Part shown: positions 27,894 through 37,737 of the stretch, in pieces
Layout of the letters: each line of letters opens with the position of its first letter
How positions within the stretch are numbered: position 1 is the stretch's first letter
NCBI GenBank assembly: GCA_035530955.1
Contig: DATKTT010000164.1
Location: 1-52,081, forward strand
Length of the DNA: 52,081 bases
Reading direction: 5' to 3'
Source: Williamwhitmania sp.
GTDB taxonomy: Bacteria > Bacteroidota > Bacteroidia > Bacteroidales > Williamwhitmaniaceae
Made by a program: the position numbers and the translations under genes
The notes under the pieces: model-generated
The model's input: only the letters and a program-made list of their open reading frames with translations
Databases searched by the model: none
What the model was told of the DNA's origin: nothing

Positions 27894-30275
27894 ATGATAG
27901 ATAAGAAAAGTTTATCCGAAAGGGATATTTGTACGAAATATATTACCCCTGCAATAGAAAATTCTGCGTGGAATAAACAAACGCAGTTGCGTGAGGAAGT
28001 TACTTTTACTGATGGGAAGATTTATGTTAAAGGTAAATTGACAGCGAGAGGTAAAAGAAAAAGGGCGGACTATATTTTATACTATAAACCGAACATACCT
28101 GTTGCTATTATAGAGGCGAAAGACAATAACCATTCGGTCAGGTCAGGAATGCAACAGGCTTTGGAGTATGCTAGAATTCTGGACATCCCTTGTGTTTTCA
28201 GTAGCAATGGGGATGGTTTTTTATTTCACGACCGAACAAATACTAATAATATTGAAATTGAAATCGGTTTGAACGAGTTTCCCTCACCTCAACAACTCTG
28301 GGAAAAGTATAAGCGTTACAAGGGTATTGTAAGCCCCGAAGCCGAAAGAATTGCATCTCAGGACTATTTTTTTGATGGTAGTAGTCGTCTCCCCAGATAT
28401 TATCAGCAAATAGCTATTAACCGAACTGTTGAAGCCATTGCAAGGGGGCAGAACAGAATCTTACTGGTAATGGCGACTGGTACTGGAAAAACTTATACCG
28501 CCTTTCAGATTATCCATCGCCTATGGAAAAGTGGTGCTAAGAAAAGAATCCTTTTTCTAGTAGATAGAAACGCATTGATTGACCAAACAAAAAGGGGCGA
28601 CTTCAAACATTTTAAGGATAAAATGACGGTGGTCAAACATCGTATGATCGACAAAAGTTACGAAGTTTATTTGGCTTTGTATCAGGGTTTGTCTGGTGCT
28701 GATGAAGAAGCAAACGCCTATAAGCAGTTTTCACGGGAGTTTTTCGACTTGATTGTTATTGATGAGTGTCATAGAGGAAGTGCAAAAGAAGATAGTGCAT
28801 GGCATGAAATTCTAACCTATTTTGGAAAGGCTACGCATATTGGTCTTACAGCCACACCAAAGGAAACAGAGGAAGTATCGAATATTGGATATTTTGGAGA
28901 TCCAATATATACTTACTCATTAAAACAGGGAATAGATGATGGTTTTCTTGCGCCGTACCGAGTGGTTCGGGTTAACTTGAATATTGATGTTGAAGGTTGG
29001 CGACCCGAACAAGGGAAAACAGATAAAAACGGGGCTGAGGTGCAAGACAGGGTTTATAACCGAAAGGATTTTGACCGAAATATTGTGATTGATGAACGAA
29101 CAGAAACCGTTGCTAAAAAGTTAACGGAGTTTCTCAATGGTTCGGACCGTTTTGCAAAGACAATAGTTTTCTGCACCGATATTGACCACGCTGAAAGAAT
29201 GCGAACAGCCATTGCAAACATCAATGCTGATTTGGTGACTGAGAATTATAAATATGTAATGCAGATTACCGGAGATAATGACGAAGGGAAACGAGAGCTG
29301 GATAATTTCATTAGCCCAGAAGAAGTTTATCCTGTTATTGCAACCACTTCAGAATTAATGACTACTGGAGTTGATGCCCAAACTTGTAAGGTTATTGTAT
29401 TGGATTCGGAAATAAAATCGATAACAAAGTTTAAGCAGATAGTTGGTAGGGGTACACGTATAAATGAAGAATTTGGTAAGATGTATTTTACAATTCTCGA
29501 CTTTCGTAATGTTACCGATTTGTTTGCCGATGAGGAATTCGATGGTGAACCAATTCGCATTAAACCAATGTCGGAGGAGGATGATTTATCGGGTATCATT
29601 GATGAGGAAGAAACGGACTCAACTCCAATTATAGATGAAGAAACAGATGAAGAAATATTTATAGATCTTCCCGAACCTTCTTTACCACCAACACCGCCCT
29701 TGCCACCAAGGGAAAAGGTGTATGTGAATGGTGTTGATGTATCTGTATTGATTAGCCGTGAAGTGTATTTCGATACTAACGGTAAACCGATAACCACAAG
29801 CCTTAAAGACTATACCAAAGAAATTATCAAGGGGCAGTTTGCCTCATTGGATGATTTTTTAAATAGGTGGAACAGTTCAGATAAAAAGGGAGCTATTATT
29901 AAAGAACTGGAAGAACAGGGGGTAATGGTTGAAGCTTTAAGGGATGCCGTAAACCGTGAAGTGGATTTGTTCGACCTTATTTGTCATGTTGCTTATGACA
30001 TGCCACCCTTAACAAGGGTAGAACGGGCAAATAATGTTAAGAAGAGAAATTACTTTACCAAATATGGTGAACAATCTCGAAAGGTTTTGGAAGCATTACT
30101 GGATAAATATGCTGATGAAGGTATTACAAATATCGAAAGCATGGATGTACTCAAAGTAAAGCCGCTTACCGATTATGGTTCTCCGGTGGAGATTATACAG
30201 GAATTCGGCAGCAAAGACAATTATTTACAAGCAGTTAAAGAATTGGAAATTGAACTATATAAAACAGTTGCATAA
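27894..30275 (+). CDS. hsdR: Type I restriction endonuclease subunit R (EcoAI/EcoEI-like)
   Basis: SERDICTKYITPA, ADYIL..IEAK nuclease, MATGTGKT, DECHRG, GLTATP, QIVGRGTR, EcoEI_R_C-like tail. Confidence 0.96.
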   Translation: MIDKKSLSERDICTKYITPAIENSAWNKQTQLREEVTFTDGKIYVKGKLTARGKRKRADYILYYKPNIPVAIIEAKDNNHSVRSGMQQALEYARILDIPCVFSSNGDGFLFHDRTNTNNIEIEIGLNEFPSPQQLWEKYKRYKGIVSPEAERIASQDYFFDGSSRLPRYYQQIAINRTVEAIARGQNRILLVMATGTGKTYTAFQIIHRLWKSGAKKRILFLVDRNALIDQTKRGDFKHFKDKMTVVKHRMIDKSYEVYLALYQGLSGADEEANAYKQFSREFFDLIVIDECHRGSAKEDSAWHEILTYFGKATHIGLTATPKETEEVSNIGYFGDPIYTYSLKQGIDDGFLAPYRVVRVNLNIDVEGWRPEQGKTDKNGAEVQDRVYNRKDFDRNIVIDERTETVAKKLTEFLNGSDRFAKTIVFCTDIDHAERMRTAIANINADLVTENYKYVMQITGDNDEGKRELDNFISPEEVYPVIATTSELMTTGVDAQTCKVIVLDSEIKSITKFKQIVGRGTRINEEFGKMYFTILDFRNVTDLFADEEFDGEPIRIKPMSEEDDLSGIIDEEETDSTPIIDEETDEEIFIDLPEPSLPPTPPLPPREKVYVNGVDVSVLISREVYFDTNGKPITTSLKDYTKEIIKGQFASLDDFLNRWNSSDKKGAIIKELEEQGVMVEALRDAVNREVDLFDLICHVAYDMPPLTRVERANNVKKRNYFTKYGEQSRKVLEALLDKYADEGITNIESMDVLKVKPLTDYGSPVEIIQEFGSKDNYLQAVKELEIELYKTVA

Positions 30276-30278
30276 GAA

Positions 30279-30926
30279 ATGGATAAAACTACACTTTTAG
30301 ACCAACTATTTATAACCGCTTTGAAAAATGTTGATCAAAGTTATTACTCTACTGTGTATCAAAATATTGAAGTCTTTAAGCAGGAATTAAAGTCAAGAGC
30401 AGGACAATATACTAATGATACTTTCGAAAGGTATGGCGAAAGGGTGTTCTGTTATGAATTGTATCATCAACTCAGAATAGGGATTGACGAGATAAGAAAA
30501 AATTTTCCTGATTTTTTAACAGGGGCTTTATTACAAGGAGAAGTTAAAAAGATGATGATTACTGGTTTGCTCAAACGTTTACACTTAAATCCTTTGCAAG
30601 GTGAAATAGTACCAGATTTTCTTATTCATTCCCCTAGTTCATCAAAGGCTCATTATTGCGCTGTTGAGGTAAAGTGTATTAACGATTTATCTGAAGAAGC
30701 ATTTATGTCGGATGTTTCGAAATTGGCTGACTTAATTACTAATTTCAATTATGAACAAGGTTATTTTATTACTGTCAATTCAGACATTGAATATACTCGG
30801 GAGCTATTAGAAGCAACTGAGTGTATGATATATAATACTAGGGGTGCAGATAAGGTTAAAATTATCTGTAAACCAAATCAAAAAACAGAAGCAATTATAA
30901 GAAGATTATCGCCATGTCAAATTTAA
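30279..30926 (+). CDS. Putative PD-(D/E)XK nuclease-fold protein inserted in the hsd operon
   Basis: ERVFCYELYHQL..GE..VPDFLIH..AVEVK..D..KL; 3 nt after hsdR, overlaps hsdM by 13 nt. Confidence 0.65.
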   Translation: MDKTTLLDQLFITALKNVDQSYYSTVYQNIEVFKQELKSRAGQYTNDTFERYGERVFCYELYHQLRIGIDEIRKNFPDFLTGALLQGEVKKMMITGLLKRLHLNPLQGEIVPDFLIHSPSSSKAHYCAVEVKCINDLSEEAFMSDVSKLADLITNFNYEQGYFITVNSDIEYTRELLEATECMIYNTRGADKVKIICKPNQKTEAIIRRLSPCQI

Positions 30927-32350
30927 AAGGATTAATAGACAGCATACGAAAAATAATGTGGCAGGACACTGGTCTGAATGGAGATGCACAGCGCATTGAG
31001 CAATTGGGGTGGATGTTATTTTTCAAGATATTTTCAGACAAAGACAAGGAACTGGAATTACTGGACGATAACTATAAAAGCCCAATACCTGATGAACTAC
31101 ATTGGGATGCTTGGGCGGCTAATGACGAAGGTATTACTGGCGATGAGTTACAGGAATTTGTTGATCGCAAATTATTTCAAACACTTAGGAACTTACAGAT
31201 TGCACCCTCCAACGATGTATCTTACAAACGGGCTTTAATAGTTCGTGAAGTATTCGAAGGGAATAACAACTATATGAAAAGCGGTATCAATATTCGTAAG
31301 GTATTGAACAAGCTAAATGAAATAGATTTTAATATTGCGAAAGATAGACACGCTTTTGGTGAACTGTACGAAACCATTTTAAAGGAACTGCAAAGCGCTG
31401 GGAAAAGTGGTGAATTCTATACACCACGTGCAATTACTGAGTTGATTTGCGAGATTGTAGATCCAAAACTGGGTGAAAAGATACTCGACCCTAGTTGTGG
31501 TACTGGGGGGTATTTAACCGCAGCAATTGAACATCTAAAGAAACAGGCAAATAGTGTAGAAGAGCGCCAACGCATTGCAGAAAATATTGAAGGTTGGGAA
31601 TACAAGCCCCTTCCATATCTTTTGGCAACAACCAACTTGATATTGCACGATATTGAAGTGCCTAAGATTTATTTTCGTGATTCACTCGACCAACCCTTGA
31701 GCAATTATACCGAAAAGAACAGGGTAAATGTTATACTGGCAAACCCACCTTTTGGGGGTATTGTGGCGAACAATAATGAGAACAACTTTCCTCAGAATTT
31801 CCGCACAAAAGAAAGTGCCGATTTATTTCTGGTCTTAATGATTCACCTGCTCAAAAAAGATGGGAGGGCAGGTATTGTACTGCCAGACGGTTCGCTTACT
31901 GGCGACGGTATAAAGCAAAGGGTAAGACAACGATTATTGGAAGAATGTAACCTACACACAATTATTCGTTTGCCTAACTCTGTATTTCAGCCTTATGCAA
32001 CAGTGGCAACTAACTTATTGTTTTTCAATAAGGGAGAAAAGACAAAAGAAGTCTGGTACTATGAACACCGTTTGCCCGGTGGGCAAAAAGCCTACAACAA
32101 AACAAACCCTATAAAATTAAAGGAGTTTGACCCGATAAAAAAGTGGTGGAATAATCGGGAAGAATCCGAAGTAAGTTGGAAGGTTGACATACAAACCATT
32201 ATTGACCGTAACTATGATTTAGATATTAAGAATCCGAACAAGAAGGAAGAAATTATTGAACATACGAGTACTGAACTTTTGGACATGCTCGAAGCCTCTT
32301 TTGAAAAAAGTACCAGTTTGCTGGGTAAGATTAAGGAGGCAATTAAATGA
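30914..32350 (+). CDS. hsdM: Type I m6A methyltransferase subunit M
   Basis: GEFYTPR, DPSCGTGG (motif I), NPPF (motif IV), GRAGIVLPDG. Confidence 0.97.
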   Translation: MSNLKGLIDSIRKIMWQDTGLNGDAQRIEQLGWMLFFKIFSDKDKELELLDDNYKSPIPDELHWDAWAANDEGITGDELQEFVDRKLFQTLRNLQIAPSNDVSYKRALIVREVFEGNNNYMKSGINIRKVLNKLNEIDFNIAKDRHAFGELYETILKELQSAGKSGEFYTPRAITELICEIVDPKLGEKILDPSCGTGGYLTAAIEHLKKQANSVEERQRIAENIEGWEYKPLPYLLATTNLILHDIEVPKIYFRDSLDQPLSNYTEKNRVNVILANPPFGGIVANNNENNFPQNFRTKESADLFLVLMIHLLKKDGRAGIVLPDGSLTGDGIKQRVRQRLLEECNLHTIIRLPNSVFQPYATVATNLLFFNKGEKTKEVWYYEHRLPGGQKAYNKTNPIKLKEFDPIKKWWNNREESEVSWKVDIQTIIDRNYDLDIKNPNKKEEIIEHTSTELLDMLEASFEKSTSLLGKIKEAIK

Positions 32351-33816
32351 GTATAAGCATTAAATATGTTCCGCTTTCATTTATTAATACTGATGATGAG
32401 GTATTAAAGCAGATTAAGAATTCGGTTTTATTCAGTTACCTGTTGAGTAAACATGAAGAAACTACGCTTGAACATTATTTAGAATCCACGCAATATGGAT
32501 ATACTGCTTCTGCTCAAAAATCGGGTAGCCATAGACTTGTCCGAATTACTGACATTAGAAATGGTGGAGTTGACTGGGAGAATGTCCCTTATTGCGATTG
32601 TGATAGAGAGGATAATTACTTATTGAAGCAGAATGATATTTTAATTGCTCGTACAGGTGGTACAACTGGTAAAAGTTTTATAGTTAATAAAGTTCCTAAT
32701 AATTCAGTTTATGCAAGCTATTTGATTCGATTAAGATTAAAGAATGGGGTTAATATTGATTTTATAAACGCATTTTTAAACTCCTATGTTTTTTGGAGTC
32801 AGATAGTAGAAATGAAATCGGGTTCGGCAATGCCGAATGTAAATGCTGAAAAACTTAAAACCTTACGGTTACCAAAGTGTGATAGTGATATTCAGAAAGA
32901 ACTTAGTAAAGCAGCATTAGGTGAATCAATGAGTAGTGAATATGTAGGTGTTTTTGATAAAGTGAAATCAATTGAAGGTCTCTACAATAGTCATATTGGG
33001 GTTACAACTGAACTAACCCATCAACTTGATTTGATTAAGCAACTACGACAAGCATTTTTGCGTGAAGCCATGCAGGGTAAACTTGTACAACAAGACACAA
33101 ATGATGAATCTGCAAGCCAACTACTTGAAAAAATAATAGAAGAAAAAGAGCGATTGATTAAGGAAAAGAAAATAAGTAAAGATAAACCACTACCGCCTAT
33201 TAAGCTCGACGAAATACCTTTTGAAATTCCAGAAAATTGGACATGGTGTCGTCTGGGGGCAATAACTACTTATGGAACCTGCCCAAAAGCTGAGCCAGAA
33301 GATATAAGAGAGAATACTTGGGTGTTAGATTTAGAAGATATTGAAAAAGACACTTCTATGTTACTCGGTAAATTAAGGTTTAAGGAAAGAAAATCACTAA
33401 GTACTAAAAGTGTTTTTAAGAAAGGAGAGGTACTTTATTCCAAGTTACGACCATATTTGGACAAGGTTATTGTTGCCGATGAAGATGGTGTATGCACCAC
33501 AGAAATACTCCCTCTAAAATGTCTTGCTGGAATGAATCCCTATTTTTTTAGATATTTGTTGAAAAGGACAGATTTTTTAAACTATGTAAATAGTGTGACA
33601 AAAGGAATGAAAATGCCCAGATTAGGTACTAAAGAAGGCGTACTTGCATTAATGCCTTTAGCACCAATTAACGAACAACAGCGAATTGTCGCAAAACTGG
33701 ATGAACTTATGAAGTTTTGCGATGAACTGGAAGAAAGCATAAAGGGCAGTCAGCAACAAAACGAAATGCTTTTGCAACAGGTTTTAAGGGAAGCGTTAGA
33801 ACCCAATAAATTATAG
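32347..33816 (+). CDS. hsdS: Type I specificity subunit S (two TRDs)
   Basis: TRD1 (YGY..RITDI..ARTGGTTGK), spacer AMQGKLVQQD..PFEIPENW, TRD2 (SKLRPYL), EQQRIV. Confidence 0.94.
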   Translation: MSISIKYVPLSFINTDDEVLKQIKNSVLFSYLLSKHEETTLEHYLESTQYGYTASAQKSGSHRLVRITDIRNGGVDWENVPYCDCDREDNYLLKQNDILIARTGGTTGKSFIVNKVPNNSVYASYLIRLRLKNGVNIDFINAFLNSYVFWSQIVEMKSGSAMPNVNAEKLKTLRLPKCDSDIQKELSKAALGESMSSEYVGVFDKVKSIEGLYNSHIGVTTELTHQLDLIKQLRQAFLREAMQGKLVQQDTNDESASQLLEKIIEEKERLIKEKKISKDKPLPPIKLDEIPFEIPENWTWCRLGAITTYGTCPKAEPEDIRENTWVLDLEDIEKDTSMLLGKLRFKERKSLSTKSVFKKGEVLYSKLRPYLDKVIVADEDGVCTTEILPLKCLAGMNPYFFRYLLKRTDFLNYVNSVTKGMKMPRLGTKEGVLALMPLAPINEQQRIVAKLDELMKFCDELEESIKGSQQQNEMLLQQVLREALEPNKL

Positions 33817-33837
33817 TTTGAAAATAACAATACCAAT

Positions 33838-35697
33838 ATGAGAATTAATCTTAAACAAGCTGTTTCGCATTTCTATGTTAACCCTACACTTGAATTGGTT
33901 CTCATAGAAGCTATAGCAAATTCAATTGACGCAGAAGCAACAAAAGTTGAAATTGAAATCTCAATAGAAGAATTTAGCAAGCCGAAGACCTTAAATTTCA
34001 CTGTGAAGGATAATGGAGTTGGATTTACAAATGAGCGATTTGAAAAGTTTTCTAAACTTCTTGAGGCTGAAGAAGACGATCACAAAGGATTAGGGAGATT
34101 GGTATTTCTTAGTTACTTTAAAGATGTTGAAATAGTAAGTAAATACGAAAATAAACAGCGCACTTTTAAGTATAATTTTGAATTTGATGAAAAATCAAGG
34201 GTTGCGAATATAGAAGAAGGTATACAAGAAACGAAGTTATCCTTTAAAAATTATTTTAAATCGAAAATCCGCTCTCACGATACATTAAGACCTGTCATAC
34301 TGAAAAAGACATTGCTACAGGAGTTTTATCCCCGTCTTTATTTGATGAAACAGGAAGGGAAAGAACTTTCAATTTTTATCAGTCTAAGTGTTGATAAACC
34401 AGATAGTCAGTATATGTTTGTTTCAGACAAACAACAAATCTCTTTGACTGATTTACTTGAGTTAAAAATAGAGAAGATAGAAAATTCTGGCTTAGAACTG
34501 TTTGATCATACAGAATTACACTATTCTATAAAGAAAGCCCTTAATGAAAAGACAATAATTACAGCACTTTGTATTGACGGGAGAACGTATAACCTAGACA
34601 TTATATCTGATGAAAACATACCTTTCGGATACGAAATAATTTTTCTGCTCCATTCATCCTTTTTTAAAGGAAAAGTTAATGCTTCTCGACAAGAGTTGAC
34701 TTTTGATGAACACACAAAAAAAACAGTAATCAGGTTGTTTCGAAATAAGGTTCAGGAAGTACTTTCTAAGGAAATACCTGTGATAATTGAAAGAAATACT
34801 CAAACTAAAGAATCCTTAGCGAATACTTACCCTCACTTGCTTGGTTTTTTTGATATACAAAATATTGGGTTTATTAAAAAAGAGGATTCTATAAAAAAGG
34901 CACAAGAAAGATTTTTTAAGGCTCAAAGGGATGTTTTGGAAGCAAACGATCTTTCCGATGAAACATATATGAAGTCTTTAGAGATGTCGTCCCGTGCATT
35001 AACTGAATATATTCTTTACAGGCAAATTACGATAAACAAACTAAAAGAAATTGATAAAAACAATGATGAAGCCGATATACATAATTTGATTGTTCCGAAA
35101 GGTAGAATACTAAAAAGTGAGGGCTTAGTAAATGATTTATATAGCAATAATGCTTGGCTACTTGATGATAAATACATGACTTACAATACTATTTTGAGTG
35201 ATAAGGTCATGTCAAGAGTGATTAAAGAAATTGCTGGAGAAAATGAAATTGGAGGAAAAGATAATACTGAACCTGACATAGTTCTTATTTTTTCAAATGA
35301 TCCTGATAAAAGCGAGAAGGTAGATGTTGTAATTATAGAGCTAAAAAAGCGAGGCGTAAAACTCGAAGAAAATGTTGCGGCAATTGTTCAACTTCAAACA
35401 CGAGCTACAAAACTAATGCAACTTTATCCTAATAAGATTCAAAGGATATGGTTTTATGCAATCGTTGAGTTTAATAATGACTTCAAATTATATCTCGAAA
35501 ATAATAGATATACTTCACTGTTTTCAAAAGACATAATGTATTACAATGAATATGACATTAAGACTTCATTAGAACAGTTAAATACAGCGAGAGTTGGTAT
35601 TTATGTATTATCGCTTGATGCATTTATTAGTGATGCTGATGCAAGAAACTCTACATTACTGGCAGTTTTGAAAGAACATTTTAAGGGTAAAGAATAA
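33838..35697 (+). CDS. GHKL (MutL/MORC-like) ATPase fused to C-terminal PD-(D/E)XK nuclease
   Basis: EAIANSIDA, DNGVGF, KGLGR; C-terminal EADIHNLI..WLLDD..EPDIV..IIELKK..Q. Confidence 0.8.
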   Translation: MRINLKQAVSHFYVNPTLELVLIEAIANSIDAEATKVEIEISIEEFSKPKTLNFTVKDNGVGFTNERFEKFSKLLEAEEDDHKGLGRLVFLSYFKDVEIVSKYENKQRTFKYNFEFDEKSRVANIEEGIQETKLSFKNYFKSKIRSHDTLRPVILKKTLLQEFYPRLYLMKQEGKELSIFISLSVDKPDSQYMFVSDKQQISLTDLLELKIEKIENSGLELFDHTELHYSIKKALNEKTIITALCIDGRTYNLDIISDENIPFGYEIIFLLHSSFFKGKVNASRQELTFDEHTKKTVIRLFRNKVQEVLSKEIPVIIERNTQTKESLANTYPHLLGFFDIQNIGFIKKEDSIKKAQERFFKAQRDVLEANDLSDETYMKSLEMSSRALTEYILYRQITINKLKEIDKNNDEADIHNLIVPKGRILKSEGLVNDLYSNNAWLLDDKYMTYNTILSDKVMSRVIKEIAGENEIGGKDNTEPDIVLIFSNDPDKSEKVDVVIIELKKRGVKLEENVAAIVQLQTRATKLMQLYPNKIQRIWFYAIVEFNNDFKLYLENNRYTSLFSKDIMYYNEYDIKTSLEQLNTARVGIYVLSLDAFISDADARNSTLLAVLKEHFKGKE

Positions 35698-35717
35698 AAA
35701 TTAATCTAAAAAAGGTC

Positions 35718-35732
35718 ATTCCTAACTCGACG
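35718..35732. repeat. 15-bp direct repeat ATTCCTAACTCGACG, left of the kinase-STAS-PIN cassette
   Basis: Identical to 37738-37752. Confidence 0.8.
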
Positions 35733-35835
35733 TTTATCGACTGCTTTTGAATGGTGTTTGGCTACATTTTGGGATATAAAACGGACAAAATAATGAATAA
35801 GTAAGTTTAAAAGATGTTTAACTGTCAGTTATAAA

Positions 35836-36705
35836 ATGAGTTCAAATCGAGAATATACAATTACTGCAAGAAATCAGATTGTTGGTACTAGTATAAATGG
35901 TATGCTTAGTTTGATTAATTATTATCACTACGCGAAGCAATATCGGAATTGTTGGATTAACTTGAATTTAGATGGTGTTAATTTTATTGATGCGAACTTA
36001 TCTGCTTTTCTTTACAGCATAGTGTATGACTTGAAGAATAATTTTGGAGTGAGTACATTTATCGACTTCAAAAGCATTGGCAAGGATTTGAATGTATTAA
36101 TGAGAAATGGATTTACTAACCATGTAGCAGGCAATGGTTATCAATTTAAACCTTACGATGAAAGAGATACTACTATTCCACTAATGGTTTTTAACCAAAA
36201 AAACGTTGATGATTATTGTGACTACATTGAAAGGGATTTTTTACATCAAAGAGGATTGCGAAATATCCGTTTTAATGATAAGGATAGAATTATAGCAAGC
36301 TATATTGAAATATTTGAAAATGTAGGATTACATGCTAATACAAATGACCCTGTTTTTGTTTGTGGACAATATTTTCCTAAACAAGGGGAATTGAAATTTA
36401 CTTTGGTTGACCTCGGAGATGGATTTTTGAAGAAGATAGCAGAATATACTAAAGGTGATGAAAACATTACTACGGCATCTGATGCTATTCATTGGGCTAT
36501 TGCTGGTCATTCAACCAAGATTGGTGCACCTGGGGGAACAGGTCTAAGAGATATTTTTAGATTTTGCACACAAACTGGTGGGTCTTTGCATATAATGTCG
36601 GATGATTGTTATTATAATCTAACCAACACGACAACACACACGTATAAATTACTAAAGCAATATAAAGGGGCAACAATACATTTAATTTTTAGATTCCTTC
36701 TTTAA
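35836..36705 (+). CDS. STAS-like + HATPase_c (anti-sigma-type kinase fold) protein
   Basis: N-terminal LNLDGVNFIDA (STAS-like); EIFENVGLHA, VDLGDGF, HSTK..GGTGL, GATI; no HisKA domain. Confidence 0.78.
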   Translation: MSSNREYTITARNQIVGTSINGMLSLINYYHYAKQYRNCWINLNLDGVNFIDANLSAFLYSIVYDLKNNFGVSTFIDFKSIGKDLNVLMRNGFTNHVAGNGYQFKPYDERDTTIPLMVFNQKNVDDYCDYIERDFLHQRGLRNIRFNDKDRIIASYIEIFENVGLHANTNDPVFVCGQYFPKQGELKFTLVDLGDGFLKKIAEYTKGDENITTASDAIHWAIAGHSTKIGAPGGTGLRDIFRFCTQTGGSLHIMSDDCYYNLTNTTTHTYKLLKQYKGATIHLIFRFLL

Positions 36706-36739
36706 GTTTTGTATTTGGTTTAATAATTGAGTAAATCAC

Positions 36740-36747
36740 TATATTTG
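36740..36747 (+). promoter_or_regulatory. Internal sigma-A -7 box (TATATTTG) upstream of STAS-PIN
   Basis: TAnnTTTG 12 nt before ATG 36760; TTTG at 36714-36717 upstream. Confidence 0.5.
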
Positions 36748-36759
36748 AGGCTCTAAATT

Positions 36760-37098
36760 ATGATTACATTGAAAATTGTTGACATAATTGGTTCAAAAAA
36801 TGCTGTTACTCATGCGTTTGGAGTAAAAGTTTTTGATGCAATCTCTAAGCACTTTGCTAATGGTGAAAAGGTTTTTTTGTCTTTTCAAGGCGTTAAGAAT
36901 GTAACCTCTGGATTTGCCAATGGTTCAATCGGGAAAATCTATTCAGAATTTAAAGAAGCTTCGGAATTATTGACTATTGGTGGGCTTGAAGGAAAAACCG
37001 TTTGGATTGAAAAGATAGAGAACGCTAAACAACTTGGTTCTAATCCTCAAATTGCTAAGGTGCAAAATAATGCAATTTATGAATTACTACAGTCTTAG
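36760..37098 (+). CDS. STAS-like (DUF4325) protein
   Basis: G..VF..I......V.LSFQGV..VTSGFAN..IG.IY pattern, 112 aa. Confidence 0.82.
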   Translation: MITLKIVDIIGSKNAVTHAFGVKVFDAISKHFANGEKVFLSFQGVKNVTSGFANGSIGKIYSEFKEASELLTIGGLEGKTVWIEKIENAKQLGSNPQIAKVQNNAIYELLQS

Positions 37099-37103
37099 TC
37101 GTT

Positions 37104-37727
37104 ATGCCCTATTTAATTCATGACATAAAGAACGTTGCACCTGAAGATCATCCTTTATATTTCTTTGATGCTAATGTATGGATCGCTGCTTTGAAATATT
37201 ATAGTGGTGGAAAACAAAATGAGTATGAATCGCCATATCAGTCTTTCTTTGAGGTTGTTGTTGAATTGAATGAAACACATGACCCTGAAATATTAAAGAG
37301 GCTAAAGAATAAGCCCAAGATAGTTTTAACCAGTTTGGTTCTTTCAGAAATAATAAATGCTTATATGCGTAAAGTTGCCATGCGAAATTATTTTGGCAAT
37401 GGTGATGAGTATAGAAGGTATGATTTTAAAAGAGACTATAGAGACAAGACAGATTCCGACTATAAAGCCAAGCTTAAAGATTTGTGTACTGATATTGATA
37501 GTTTGAGCGATTATGCAGTCTTAATGGACGATGATTTTAAGGCTATATATTCTGCATCAACGCTTGGGAACTTATATAACTACGACCTTGATTTTAACGA
37601 TTTTTATTACGGTGAGTTCTTGAAAAAATACAAATTACCATTGGTGACACATGATAAAGATTGTAAATTTGAAAATGTAGTTACTATTACTGCTCAAGAA
37701 CGACTTCTTAAAATATCAGATATTTAG
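37104..37727 (+). CDS. PIN-domain ribonuclease (putative toxin)
   Basis: Acidic catalytic set FFDANVW, VLSEIIN, DFND, LVTHDKD. Confidence 0.85.
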   Translation: MPYLIHDIKNVAPEDHPLYFFDANVWIAALKYYSGGKQNEYESPYQSFFEVVVELNETHDPEILKRLKNKPKIVLTSLVLSEIINAYMRKVAMRNYFGNGDEYRRYDFKRDYRDKTDSDYKAKLKDLCTDIDSLSDYAVLMDDDFKAIYSASTLGNLYNYDLDFNDFYYGEFLKKYKLPLVTHDKDCKFENVVTITAQERLLKISDI

Positions 37728-37737
37728 CCTTTAACTT

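Noticed and set aside
32347-33816. Phase-variable hsdS shufflon driven by the resolvase
   Set aside because: Single hsdS; I saw no silent TRD copies or flanking inverted repeats.
35718-35835. Integron attC interpretation of the CCTAAC-containing repeats
   Set aside because: TCCTAAC does not fit RYYYAAC, I could not fold an attC-like hairpin with a matching GTTRRRY, and the integrase looks like an arm-domain island integrase rather than IntI.
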